This document shows, one piece after another, positions 1-9,157 of a stretch of DNA of 64,000 bases (position 1 is its first letter; every line of letters starts with the position of its first letter). A program made the translations under genes and the position numbers. The DNA comes from a virus. Under the pieces are notes generated by a model. The model had not been told where the DNA came from and did no database searches. It saw only the letters and a program-made list of their open reading frames with translations. Location of the stretch: positions 40,528-104,527 of IMG/VR virus record IMGVR_UViG_3300028581_000020; one strand, given 5' to 3'.

Positions 1-69
1 TTGGAAGAAGTTGACGAATTGTCTGAAACTGAACGGGGAACCGGGGCATATGGGAGCAGCGGCAAATGA
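1..69 (+). CDS. dut: dUTPase, C-terminal end (5'-truncated by window)
   Basis: Frame 1 reads LEEVDELSETERGTGAYGSSGK*, matching trimeric dUTPase motif V (RGxGGFGSSG). Confidence 0.85.
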   Translation: MEEVDELSETERGTGAYGSSGK

Positions 70-404
70 TTAGTATTAGCTATCTACAAGAACTCGCTAA
101 AAAAAGGCAAACCGAAATTGCAGATAATACGGAGAAGAAAAAACACATAGTTCCTTTTATAGTAGAGGAAAAATTAAAACGTGCTGCGTATCTTCAACAA
201 ACACACACCACCGTAAATATTGCGTTCGAAATCGAACCTGAAAATTTTAAGAAGAATTTTCGTATATCTTTAGAAGACGTTAACGTTAATGATATCGTTG
301 AAAAATTTGATGAGGTTGTTAAATCCCTTCAACCATTGGGTTACACTGTATGTAGTAATGCAGAATTATTTACCAAATCAAAACACTACGTCATTGAGTG
401 GTAA
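66..404 (+). CDS. hypothetical protein
   Basis: 112-aa ORF with ATGA overlap to dut and TAATG overlap to the next gene. Confidence 0.7.
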   Translation: MISISYLQELAKKRQTEIADNTEKKKHIVPFIVEEKLKRAAYLQQTHTTVNIAFEIEPENFKKNFRISLEDVNVNDIVEKFDEVVKSLQPLGYTVCSNAELFTKSKHYVIEW

Positions 405-712
405 TGGGTAAAAAACGAAACGAAGAATCATACGTTGAGAAACTCGAAAAAGAACTCAGAGAAGAAAAGGCCAAAAATAGACAGCTTATAAAGCGTCTCA
501 GAAAGCTTGACAAAGCTTATAATCGGTCCATAAAAGAAGCGGAGCAAGAAGCCCGCGACGAACTAGAAAAGGAATTTCATGGCCACGTTGAAAAAGAAGA
601 AGTCGAAAAGTGTCCTTCCTGTGGAAAAGGAAGACTCCTTGAAATTAACCTCGGAGCCAGAATCATCAAAAAGTGTTCCCAATGCCCCTACAGGAAAACC
701 GAAAAAGCCTAA
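404..712 (+). CDS. coiled-coil protein with C-terminal zinc ribbon
   Basis: Charged coiled coil then CPSC...CSQC; ATG at 404 overlaps the upstream stop. Confidence 0.7.
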   Translation: MGKKRNEESYVEKLEKELREEKAKNRQLIKRLRKLDKAYNRSIKEAEQEARDELEKEFHGHVEKEEVEKCPSCGKGRLLEINLGARIIKKCSQCPYRKTEKA

Positions 713-1046
713 GACCTTCAATTTTAAATCTTTTATCATTCAGTTATTACGTCGTGGAACTTATCGTTATAAACCTAGAAATGACGCGCTAAAAGACGCT
801 AAAATAGCTCGTAATCAGTATAAATGTGCAACATGTTCTGGTATTTTTGGAAGGAAAGACGTTCAAATTGACCATACAGATCCCGTTGTAAGTGTTGAAA
901 CTGGATTTGTAGACTGGAATACATATATAACTCGTATGTATCCGGAAAAACAAGGCTTTCAAATTTTGTGTTCACAATGTCATTCTAATAAATGCTTATT
1001 AGAAAAAGAAATGCGTAAGTTTTATAAGAATAAACTTGACAAATAA
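579..1046 (+). CDS. HNH endonuclease
   Basis: CATC...IDHTDPVV...QILCSQCHSNK motifs; start uncertain (134-nt overlap with the upstream ORF). Confidence 0.85.
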   Translation: MATLKKKKSKSVLPVEKEDSLKLTSEPESSKSVPNAPTGKPKKPKTFNFKSFIIQLLRRGTYRYKPRNDALKDAKIARNQYKCATCSGIFGRKDVQIDHTDPVVSVETGFVDWNTYITRMYPEKQGFQILCSQCHSNKCLLEKEMRKFYKNKLDK

Positions 1047-1064
1047 TGAATTCCATGTTAAATT
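1036..1064 (+). promoter_or_regulatory. sigma70-type promoter
   Basis: TTGACA (1036-1041), 17-nt spacer, TAAATT (1059-1064) with extended -10 TG; AAAGGA RBS before ATG 1080. Confidence 0.65.
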
Positions 1065-1079
1065 GAAAGGAAATAAAAT

Positions 1080-1376
1080 ATGATTGTTCTTGACAAACTT
1101 AAAAAACTTATGGTATATTGTAATGAACAGGGAGTAATGCTTCCGTTACTACATGATCCAATTAAAAAGGCCCCTTCTGTGTCTCTGACATTCCTTTTCA
1201 TCTCAGGGAATGTCGTTCTTGCCGGGCTTCTCGGTAAAGCCGCAGGATTCTTCGGCGGCATTGATATCTCACAAGCTCTCTATTGGTTTGGTATGTGCGC
1301 AGCTTTATATTTTAGTCGTAGCTTTTCTGGCGACGGCAAACAACAAAACATCTCAAACGATGAGAAAAAGGAATAA
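1080..1376 (+). CDS. putative holin (two TM segments)
   Basis: 98 aa, two hydrophobic stretches and a charged C-terminal tail. Confidence 0.5.
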   Translation: MIVLDKLKKLMVYCNEQGVMLPLLHDPIKKAPSVSLTFLFISGNVVLAGLLGKAAGFFGGIDISQALYWFGMCAALYFSRSFSGDGKQQNISNDEKKE

Positions 1377-1378
1377 TA

Positions 1379-2287
1379 ATGAATAAGCTACTAATACTGT
1401 CCGGCCTTCTTTCAATTACTGCCCTAGCACAGGTTCCTCTATCCAAAACTGATATTGTTCTATCAGAAAAAAACACGTTAGTGTTTAATACAGACTTTAA
1501 TAGTCGTGATGTTGCTAAATTATCTCAGAATGCTCGGGATATGGACGCGGCCTTACCGTCACAAGAGCCTATTTTTCTTGTTATGTACTCGCCAGCAGGT
1601 AGTATCGACGCCGGTCTTGAGCTTATCGAAACGCTTACAAGTCTCAATCGACCCGTCAATACCCTATCTATCTTTGCCGCTAGTATGGGGTTTCAAACCG
1701 TCCAAGGTTTGGGTGAACGTCTCCTGGTAGCCAATGGTACGCTCATGAGCCATAAGGCCACCGGAGGATTTTCCGGTGAATTTCCCGGACAGCTAGACAG
1801 CAGATATTCTTACTATCTAAAGCGAATTGCTCGATTGGATGAGAAAGTTGTTGCTAGGTCTAAGGGAAAGCTTACGCTAGAGAAATACCGTTCCTTGGTG
1901 GAAAATGAACATTGGTGTGACGGTGAAGATTGTGTAAAAGAAGGTCTTGCCGACAGGGTTGTTAAGGCGTCGTGCGACTCTACGCTGGCCGGAACAAATG
2001 ACGTTGTTCTTGCTAAGTTTATGTTTGCCGGAGCATCAATACAAGTCAATGCTGTTAGATCTAAATGTCCACTAATCACTGGAATTTTGTCTGCTAGCGT
2101 TACTATTAATGGTGAAAACATGTACAAAGAAGCTAAACCTCAAAAAGACCCTGTCGTTGTGGATTATTATACCCAACAAGCCCAGCCGGTTCTTTCAAAA
2201 GAAGAGATTGCACAGTTGGTTATTCGGGTTGACAAAATTCTTGACGATAATAGCGGCACAAATCGTCAAGTAATTCGAGGCTACTAA
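1379..2287 (+). CDS. ClpP-family (S14-like) protease with N-terminal signal peptide
   Basis: YSPAGSIDAG, AASMG (catalytic Ser) and LMSH (catalytic His); leader MNKLLILSGLLSITALA-Q. Confidence 0.8.
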   Translation: MNKLLILSGLLSITALAQVPLSKTDIVLSEKNTLVFNTDFNSRDVAKLSQNARDMDAALPSQEPIFLVMYSPAGSIDAGLELIETLTSLNRPVNTLSIFAASMGFQTVQGLGERLLVANGTLMSHKATGGFSGEFPGQLDSRYSYYLKRIARLDEKVVARSKGKLTLEKYRSLVENEHWCDGEDCVKEGLADRVVKASCDSTLAGTNDVVLAKFMFAGASIQVNAVRSKCPLITGILSASVTINGENMYKEAKPQKDPVVVDYYTQQAQPVLSKEEIAQLVIRVDKILDDNSGTNRQVIRGY

Positions 2288-2550
2288 TGGAGTATTTGAT
2301 CGGAATTATCGGCCTCCTTCTTGGGGGCTTTATTTTTCAGCGCACAAAGCGCAAATCAGCAGAATCGCTTCTAAATAATCTTCCGGTTAAAGAAGAAGCT
2401 GCAAAGCACGAAGCCTCCGTTACCAAGAATGAGGCTTTAGGTGACGCTGAGAAACAAAAACGGGCAGACATTGAATCGGAAACAAAGGCAAAACAAGATG
2501 AATCGACTAATCTACAAGATCTTGAGCGTTTCTTTAATCGCAAGCCTTAA
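2287..2550 (+). CDS. membrane-anchored coiled-coil protein (i-spanin-like)
   Basis: N-terminal TM followed by a charged helix; TAATG coupling. Confidence 0.45.
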   Translation: MEYLIGIIGLLLGGFIFQRTKRKSAESLLNNLPVKEEAAKHEASVTKNEALGDAEKQKRADIESETKAKQDESTNLQDLERFFNRKP

Positions 2551-2899
2551 TATCTCAGCATTAGCACAAGAAGTAGTTATCGTACAAAAGGGTCAGGAAG
2601 CTCCTTTCACGGGGCTTCTTTTCACCAAAGAACGAGCCGATGTTATCAGGGACAATGAAATTGCTCTAGATGGACAAAAGAAACTTAATACATCTTTAAA
2701 CCTTGAACTAACGTTTAAAGACTCCTCTTTAAATGCCCGTAAATCGGAAATTGACATTCTAATGGCCCAGAACGACAAGCTGTCAAAATCGCTCATGGAA
2801 GAGCGCTCTGTGGGCTCCTGGGAGCGTCTTAGTTGGGTAGCGGTTGGTATTTTAGCTTCAGGATTAGCATTTTATGGACTCCAAAAAGTACAAAAATAG
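2498..2899 (+). CDS. exported coiled-coil protein with C-terminal TM (spanin-like)
   Basis: From ATG 2498: signal peptide ending ALA-Q, GQEAPFTGLLF, coiled coil, C-terminal TM; overlaps the upstream gene as Rz/Rz1 pairs do. Confidence 0.45.
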   Translation: MNRLIYKILSVSLIASLNISALAQEVVIVQKGQEAPFTGLLFTKERADVIRDNEIALDGQKKLNTSLNLELTFKDSSLNARKSEIDILMAQNDKLSKSLMEERSVGSWERLSWVAVGILASGLAFYGLQKVQK

Positions 2900-3569
2900 C
2901 ACAGAAGATCTTTTAACGGCTCTTAATTCTTCAGATAAAGACATTGTTATTATTGAGAAAGAAGCTCCCTCTGACATTGGTCGGGCGGGGGTTTTTTTAC
3001 GTTTGTATGATCTTATGCCCGGAAGTACTAAAATCTCACAGAATACAGTTTTTAAAGCTTATAAACTTAGTGTTAAGAAATTTAAAATCAAGTTTAAAAC
3101 TAAGCAATCCTTTTTTGACTATTTAGCAACGCTAGGATTTAATACTGAGAGGAATTTTGTATTTGTCGATGGAAAAGTCAAGGAGCTGGTTTATGCCGCG
3201 ACTGAAAAAGAAGTAAAGATGGCTAAATACAAGAAAGAAACCACATATAAACTTCTAGAACAGTTTATTAATGAGCTTTCGATTTCCCCAGGCGATTGTC
3301 GTTGGGCTTTTGCCAATGTTCGTACAGTGATTTGGCTATGGCTTATTAATAATAAGTTAAAAAATCGTGTAGAATCGAAGCATATCAGTCATGCGTTCTT
3401 TAAAAAACACAAATTGGCGAGTAGTAGTACATATCATCTCTACGTCTCGGATGACGCAGATAAAAACATGAAGGAGTATTTAAATGGTAATGCAAGTAAA
3501 GAAAAAACGAGTAAAGCGCAAGAGTCTAAAATACCCGGCGCTGGACCCGGCGGTCAATCTAAAGACTAG
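2874..3569 (+). CDS. hypothetical protein
   Basis: 231-aa lysine-rich ORF. Confidence 0.65.
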   Translation: MDSKKYKNSTEDLLTALNSSDKDIVIIEKEAPSDIGRAGVFLRLYDLMPGSTKISQNTVFKAYKLSVKKFKIKFKTKQSFFDYLATLGFNTERNFVFVDGKVKELVYAATEKEVKMAKYKKETTYKLLEQFINELSISPGDCRWAFANVRTVIWLWLINNKLKNRVESKHISHAFFKKHKLASSSTYHLYVSDDADKNMKEYLNGNASKEKTSKAQESKIPGAGPGGQSKD

Positions 3570-3897
3570 ATCTGATTTGATTGACTATGATTATATTAAT
3601 AAGCTCTCTGAGAAAGAGAAAGCTTTTCTAAATGACTTTACTGAAGAATATACAAACGCTTCACTAGACTCTAAAAATCTAGAAAACAATATGCATAATA
3701 CTGTTGCGTTGAAACGTGACTGTTATAAGCGCAATAATGACAGAAATGCTGACATCTATACAAAATCTAAGGCTCAGGGAATTTTATTACAGCTCGATGA
3801 CTTGAAAATCTTCAATGAAAATGAAGAAGATCAGATGATTGAGCGTATTATTTTAAGAAAGAGCGTTAATAATACCGATGACGATGGCAACAAATGA
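3484..3897 (+). CDS. hypothetical protein
   Basis: AAGGAG RBS at 3471-3476; 137 aa. Confidence 0.7.
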   Translation: MVMQVKKKRVKRKSLKYPALDPAVNLKTRSDLIDYDYINKLSEKEKAFLNDFTEEYTNASLDSKNLENNMHNTVALKRDCYKRNNDRNADIYTKSKAQGILLQLDDLKIFNENEEDQMIERIILRKSVNNTDDDGNK

Positions 3898-4128
3898 TGC
3901 TATTGCTGCAACATAACCCAAAATTTCAGCCGTAAACTTAATTTTTCTAACATGAAGTTTGATAGGTTCAAGATCTTGTCGTAATAAACCGATACTTTCT
4001 TCAGCTAGATCTGTACGTTTAATGTGATGATCTATGTTTGATTCTTGTTTAGCAAGCGTAACCTTCATCTCGCCAATATCCTCTGAGATTTTTTCTACTT
4101 TTTCGTAAAGTTTATCAGCGATAGACAT
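3853..4128 (-). CDS. coiled-coil protein with C-terminal TM (XhlA/holin-like)
   Basis: Heptad coiled coil then a hydrophobic C-terminus; last gene of the minus-strand virion operon. Confidence 0.5.
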   Translation of the reverse strand: MSIADKLYEKVEKISEDIGEMKVTLAKQESNIDHHIKRTDLAEESIGLLRQDLEPIKLHVRKIKFTAEILGYVAAIASFVAIVIGIINALS

Positions 4129-4130
4129 GA

Positions 4131-6017
4131 TTACTCCTCAGTCGGCAGTTGTTCTCCAACAGCTTGTCTCGCTGCTGGGTTTTGTAATATCGTAAATAGT
4201 GCGGCATTCTTAGCCATCTGATTCTTATCAGAAAGCGCCGTGCGTAAAGCCTCTCCGACTTTTCCTAGTCCGGGGGTATTTTGTAGCTTATCTGCAATAA
4301 ACATCAAGTTGTCGTCGCTGGCAGTCGTTAGCGCACGATTGAAATTTGGTAGTGCTCTGGCGGCCTTCCCTGCCAAGTTTGCGGCCTCAATTGGGATACC
4401 CCTACCAGTCGATACACGACCAAAACTAGCTACAGATATAAGATTATTAAATACGTTACCATGTGGGTCAGTTCCCAGGGCTGTATGTACGGTGGCGGCT
4501 TTGTCGGCTTCATCACGAATTTGCTTAAAGAAAGAGTTTTTATCAACTCCCATTCTATCAAAGATAGTTTCTAATTGTTTACCTTCTTTAGATGCTTCGA
4601 ATTTACGAACGGCTTCAGACGATTCTAATTGCTTAAAGTTTTGTTTTAATTTATTCAAAAGCTCTGTAGAATCTAAGGCTTTAGTTCCAGGAAGTTCCGA
4701 TTTATTAATTAGATTCTTCAATTCGTCATAAACCTTGGTTTCGCCCGTCTTTAATTGTCCATAACGAACATTAGAAAGGCCTTCAGGACGAGCTTTTCCG
4801 ATGATGGTTTCCGGAATCATTTCGCGGAACTCGGCAAAACGTTTAGCAGCTTTAGCGTATTCTGGAACTTGGTCATTAAGACGGCTCATAATATTTCGAC
4901 TAAGATTCTGTAGATTTTCTCTTGCGGCTCGGGATTCTGGATTTAAATTTGCGGCAAGGTATTTAGATGCGTCGTCAAGCTCTGCTCGTAAAGAACGCAC
5001 TTGATCTGGGGTGAATTCGAAATTAGGCTGTGAGTAAATCTTACGGAAAATCTTTGAAATAGTATTATCTGCGTCAATAGCAGGGTTATTGAGGAATGCC
5101 TTTTCTAATTCTTGTGCCGATTTATTAAGATCTGCACCAATATTAACCTTAATACCCTTTGCGGTTGCATTGGCAATGGAATCACCAACAGCCTTCCCGA
5201 GCATGTCGTCGGCGGCATTAATTTTATTCAACATAACTTCTGCGGCCTGACCTGGTTTAGACGCAAAAGCTTCTTTATTGGCAATATCAGTTCCTTCTTT
5301 ACCGACATCAAATGCGTATTTCATTTGTCTGAGAAGTGCTGGGGCTTTATCTTTGTCCGGGACTTTTTTAAGCAGGGCGGCAGCGCCAGCTTTAGCCCCC
5401 ATACCTAGAGCGCCTAATGTACCAAAACCCGCACCCCACTTAGCGCCACTTTCAGCGCCCTCAAGTCCGGATTCCAGGAGTTTTTTACGACTATCTTCAG
5501 TATCAAGGTTTCCTTCAGACTGCGTGAGTCCTAGGATTCCTCCCGTAACGCCTCCGACGCCAGCGCCCTTAGCGACACTTCCGGCCATGCGAGCAAGAAG
5601 AGGAAGCTTTGTTGCGCCTTGTGCGGCCTTGCCAATAGGCAAGAGAGCGCCCATGCCAATGCTACCGGCAATATTACTAATCGTACCAGCAGTCGGACTT
5701 CTTTTCATTGCATCTTTGGCTTCTTTTTCACCAATCTTCTGATATTCGCGATATAACTCGGTCCAGTCTTTGCTAGAATCCCCGCCCATTGAATCGGGAA
5801 GAATCTTGGCAAGCGAAGCCCCAACAGCACCAGAAGCCTCATCGGCAAGACCACCAGAAAATCCTTGAGCCGCTTGAATTGCGCTGTCATACAAAGTCTC
5901 ACCGACAGCGTTGGCACCTTCTTGAATACGAGATCCAATAGAGGGACCTTCGAGGCTTTGCTCTTCAAATCCATCATCTAAACCGACATCAATAAAACCA
6001 TCATCAAGTTTTGGCAT
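4131..6017 (-). CDS. putative DNA ejection / internal virion protein
   Basis: 628 aa, Gly/Ala-rich amphipathic segments, QGFSGGLADE motif; follows other ejection-like genes. Confidence 0.55.
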   Translation of the reverse strand: MPKLDDGFIDVGLDDGFEEQSLEGPSIGSRIQEGANAVGETLYDSAIQAAQGFSGGLADEASGAVGASLAKILPDSMGGDSSKDWTELYREYQKIGEKEAKDAMKRSPTAGTISNIAGSIGMGALLPIGKAAQGATKLPLLARMAGSVAKGAGVGGVTGGILGLTQSEGNLDTEDSRKKLLESGLEGAESGAKWGAGFGTLGALGMGAKAGAAALLKKVPDKDKAPALLRQMKYAFDVGKEGTDIANKEAFASKPGQAAEVMLNKINAADDMLGKAVGDSIANATAKGIKVNIGADLNKSAQELEKAFLNNPAIDADNTISKIFRKIYSQPNFEFTPDQVRSLRAELDDASKYLAANLNPESRAARENLQNLSRNIMSRLNDQVPEYAKAAKRFAEFREMIPETIIGKARPEGLSNVRYGQLKTGETKVYDELKNLINKSELPGTKALDSTELLNKLKQNFKQLESSEAVRKFEASKEGKQLETIFDRMGVDKNSFFKQIRDEADKAATVHTALGTDPHGNVFNNLISVASFGRVSTGRGIPIEAANLAGKAARALPNFNRALTTASDDNLMFIADKLQNTPGLGKVGEALRTALSDKNQMAKNAALFTILQNPAARQAVGEQLPTEE

Positions 6018-7702
6018 TATAATTTTCCATCCTTGATTTCTTTAGTTCCATCAGCATAAATAAATTGCGTTTGATTAGTTTTAGGATTGTACCCCTTTTT
6101 CACAACAGACTTTTGTTGAGATTGTGAAGGAGCTTCGGGAACTTCCGGTAAAATAAGACTAGCATCAACACCACGTTTTTTAGCTTGCTGCAAATACGGA
6201 GCTGCGGTCGTTTTCCATTGACCATATTGTACGTTTCTGGCGTTTATTGCGAAATTTTTAACATTTTCGCGCTCTTTTGGCGTTAAAATTTCCCCTTTTA
6301 GGCCGCGAGTAATGGAACTTTTTACTGTCGTTGGAATTGAGCGTGCATTCCTAACGAACGAAATTTCACCTTCACGAACCACTGAATCTGGATCTAGAGA
6401 ACGAACGAATCCGTATAATAGCGCCAAATCGTTTTGTGGGTTGGGTTTATTAACCAACTCATCCATCTGTTTCGTCATACTATCCAAGGTCATGAGTTTT
6501 TCGTATTCTTTTCCGGTGACTTTCGGTGCCACTTGTCGGGCAAATTCTTCTCCGCGCTGGTCTTCTTTTGTTTGCCTATTTACAGCGAGGACCGCCTGGC
6601 GGAATTTACCTTCTTCTTTTCTAGCATCCAGACGATCAGCTTGCATGTCTTTTTGATTTTGACGCGCAAGCTCCATTTCCTTTTCTTTAAATACGTTAGG
6701 AAGAATCTTTTCTAGATCTTCAGCAGAAGCATCGCCCTTAACTTCAAGACCAAGCTTCTTCATATAATCACGATAACCTTTAGATACAGGACTATTTGGG
6801 TCTTTCTTATCAAGAGCCATCGTTTCTTTTACTTGACCGGGCATTGCTTGGGCTTGTTCAATGTTCTTTTGGAACAATTCTTGACCAACAGGTTTAACGT
6901 GAGCAATCGAAGAACCGATTAAATTTGCAGATTGGCCCAGATTACCAACTAGAGAACCTCTATTAGCTCCCTCTTGTGCTGCCATAAAAGCCGCCATACG
7001 ATCTTGTCCATCACCAAAGTCAATGGACTTCTGGGGAGGAGGAAGCGGAGCTTCTAGCTGTGCTGGGGCTCTTGGGGCAATAGATGCCGGAGGCTTCATA
7101 CCATCAGCAGGAGGAGGCATAATTGGAGCTTCTAGGGCTTGTGGGGCTTCAGGCATAGGGGGCTGTGACGCCATAGGAGCCATTGGAGGCTCACCCTTGA
7201 CGGAAGGAGATCCACGGAGCATGTCCATAAGACCGAGGGCACCCAAACCGCCTCCCACGACGTATGGAAGAGCCTTAGGAGTTGACATATTTACAGGGGC
7301 AGGAGGAGGAAGGGCTAGTTGCGCAGATTGAGGTGGAAGGGCTTTTGGGGCCATAGAAGGTGCGGCCTCGTCCGCCATACGAAAAACACCTTCTTCGAAA
7401 TCATCGGCAGCGCCCATGGCTTTTTTAGTGAAATCGTATCCCTTAGGAACCATATCACCAACAACTTCGGCTTCTTTTGCTGCCATTGGAAGCGCCTTCA
7501 TTGCGCCAGAACCGACATTTGAAATTGACCCAATCATAGACGCGCCTTGGGTTGACAAATCACGAATTTTTCTAGCTTTGTCTTCATCACCAACGAGTTT
7601 AGCCGTCATTTCGTCAATGCCTTTTTCGTAAGGAGCGGCAATATCCAACATGGGCTTTTGAAGCTCTTTGTATTTCTTAAGAAGCTCTTCTAAGTAATTC
7701 AT
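6017..7702 (-). CDS. putative DNA ejection / internal virion protein
   Basis: 561 aa, Pro-rich linker, LDPDSVVREGE motif seen in podovirus ejection proteins. Confidence 0.55.
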   Translation of the reverse strand: MNYLEELLKKYKELQKPMLDIAAPYEKGIDEMTAKLVGDEDKARKIRDLSTQGASMIGSISNVGSGAMKALPMAAKEAEVVGDMVPKGYDFTKKAMGAADDFEEGVFRMADEAAPSMAPKALPPQSAQLALPPPAPVNMSTPKALPYVVGGGLGALGLMDMLRGSPSVKGEPPMAPMASQPPMPEAPQALEAPIMPPPADGMKPPASIAPRAPAQLEAPLPPPQKSIDFGDGQDRMAAFMAAQEGANRGSLVGNLGQSANLIGSSIAHVKPVGQELFQKNIEQAQAMPGQVKETMALDKKDPNSPVSKGYRDYMKKLGLEVKGDASAEDLEKILPNVFKEKEMELARQNQKDMQADRLDARKEEGKFRQAVLAVNRQTKEDQRGEEFARQVAPKVTGKEYEKLMTLDSMTKQMDELVNKPNPQNDLALLYGFVRSLDPDSVVREGEISFVRNARSIPTTVKSSITRGLKGEILTPKERENVKNFAINARNVQYGQWKTTAAPYLQQAKKRGVDASLILPEVPEAPSQSQQKSVVKKGYNPKTNQTQFIYADGTKEIKDGKL

Positions 7703-8778
7703 TATGCAATACTCCCGGAGTTACCGAATCCCGAGCCGGAAGAATTTCCTTTTATAAGTTTTTTTGCCGAATTCTCTAGTTCTTTGTCTTTCAATCTCTT
7801 CAAAATCTCATTGTTTTGGAGATAATTAGCACCGGCTCCTAGCCCAGAACCAACACCACTACCAATCCCAGACCACATTTGTGCTGTAGAATTTGCATTA
7901 TTTTGGTCATTTGACGCCTTACCTTGAAGAGCATTTGCTTTGCGTTCGGCCTGTGCTGCACGATTTGCATATTCTTGCGCTTCTGCGCTTCTTTGACGAT
8001 TTAGTTCTTGATTGGCCTGTGCTGTATTTTGATCTGAGGCCTGTTGTGCGGCATTTAGATTGTATTTTTGTGCTTCATTTGAAGAATTAGTATTGCGCGT
8101 TTGGCGAGCAATTTGATTTTGTAAATTAAAACGTGACATTTCATCAGCAGCGGAAGCCTTGGCTTGTGCAATCGTATTATCTTGTCCGCGAATGCTACCG
8201 GACATATTACCGTATTTATCTAGGGCGCTTAAAGACGCTCGGGAAGCCTCTGCCGCTAGACGGTCAGCTTCTTCTGCTTGTTGGTTTGCACCGCTTTGTG
8301 CTGCTTGTAATTGAGCAACTAGCTCTGCGCCAGAACCACCCATACCACGTTGTTGTAGTTGTTGGAGAATTTGTCCACGTTGTCCTTGAACATCACGTTG
8401 AACTTTATTACGCATTTCATTGAATGCTGCTCTCTCTTCAGGACCAATTCCGGTTTCGGAGCGGTCTTTTAGAAGCTGCAAAGCGCTCATCTGAGCTTCA
8501 CGAAGACTGGGATCTTCCTGTACTTGCGCTGCTTGCGATACAGCATCACCAAGGTCTTTTTCTAATTGAGGAGTTAAAACCCCAACAGACTTGAATTTTT
8601 CTAGAATGATTTCTCGTTGAAGATCAGGGCCAGCGCCAATAGCGTCAATTTCTGCCATAGCAGCATCGAGGGCCTGCTGCGCTTTTTCTCTGTCTCCACG
8701 AGACGAAATGTTGCCAATAACACCACCAGCAATGGGGGCTAAAGCACTACCAATAGCGAGAGCTGTTCCGACTGCCAT
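7702..8778 (-). CDS. putative DNA ejection (pilot) protein
   Basis: Hydrophobic Gly/Ala N-terminus, Q/A/N-rich helix, GSGVGSGLGAG segment. Confidence 0.6.
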   Translation of the reverse strand: MAVGTALAIGSALAPIAGGVIGNISSRGDREKAQQALDAAMAEIDAIGAGPDLQREIILEKFKSVGVLTPQLEKDLGDAVSQAAQVQEDPSLREAQMSALQLLKDRSETGIGPEERAAFNEMRNKVQRDVQGQRGQILQQLQQRGMGGSGAELVAQLQAAQSGANQQAEEADRLAAEASRASLSALDKYGNMSGSIRGQDNTIAQAKASAADEMSRFNLQNQIARQTRNTNSSNEAQKYNLNAAQQASDQNTAQANQELNRQRSAEAQEYANRAAQAERKANALQGKASNDQNNANSTAQMWSGIGSGVGSGLGAGANYLQNNEILKRLKDKELENSAKKLIKGNSSGSGFGNSGSIA

Positions 8779-8779
8779 T

Positions 8780-9157
8780 TTATAACCTCTTTATCATATT
8801 AGACATTTTAGTGTCTGTAATTAAAAAACCAAAGTCTTCATATCTCTGAATAAGTCCAGGATGCTCCAGAGAAGTAAACACACTTTTAAACCCAGATTCT
8901 TTTGCTTGTGACAAAAGATCGTCAATAATCAAATTCAGAGCTTGACTACGATCAGACTTATCTGACTCTGGGTTTGAAATAACAAACTCAAGCCAACAAA
9001 TTTTACTATCCGTACGATACAAAAAACCAGCAGCAACGCCATCGACAATCATTCCCGTGGCTGGAAGCATGTCGTAAGAAGGAACAGACCAATCCCTAGC
9101 TCTCCACCATGAGGCGAGAGTTGGATAATCGGTTATTTCTACCTTACGCAATACCAT
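8780..9157 (-). CDS. GNAT-like acetyltransferase (virion module)
   Basis: GNAT-like pattern (AAGFLY...WLEFVISNP...YEDFGF); homologous to 32528-32926. Confidence 0.6.
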   Translation of the reverse strand: MVLRKVEITDYPTLASWWRARDWSVPSYDMLPATGMIVDGVAAGFLYRTDSKICWLEFVISNPESDKSDRSQALNLIIDDLLSQAKESGFKSVFTSLEHPGLIQRYEDFGFLITDTKMSNMIKRL

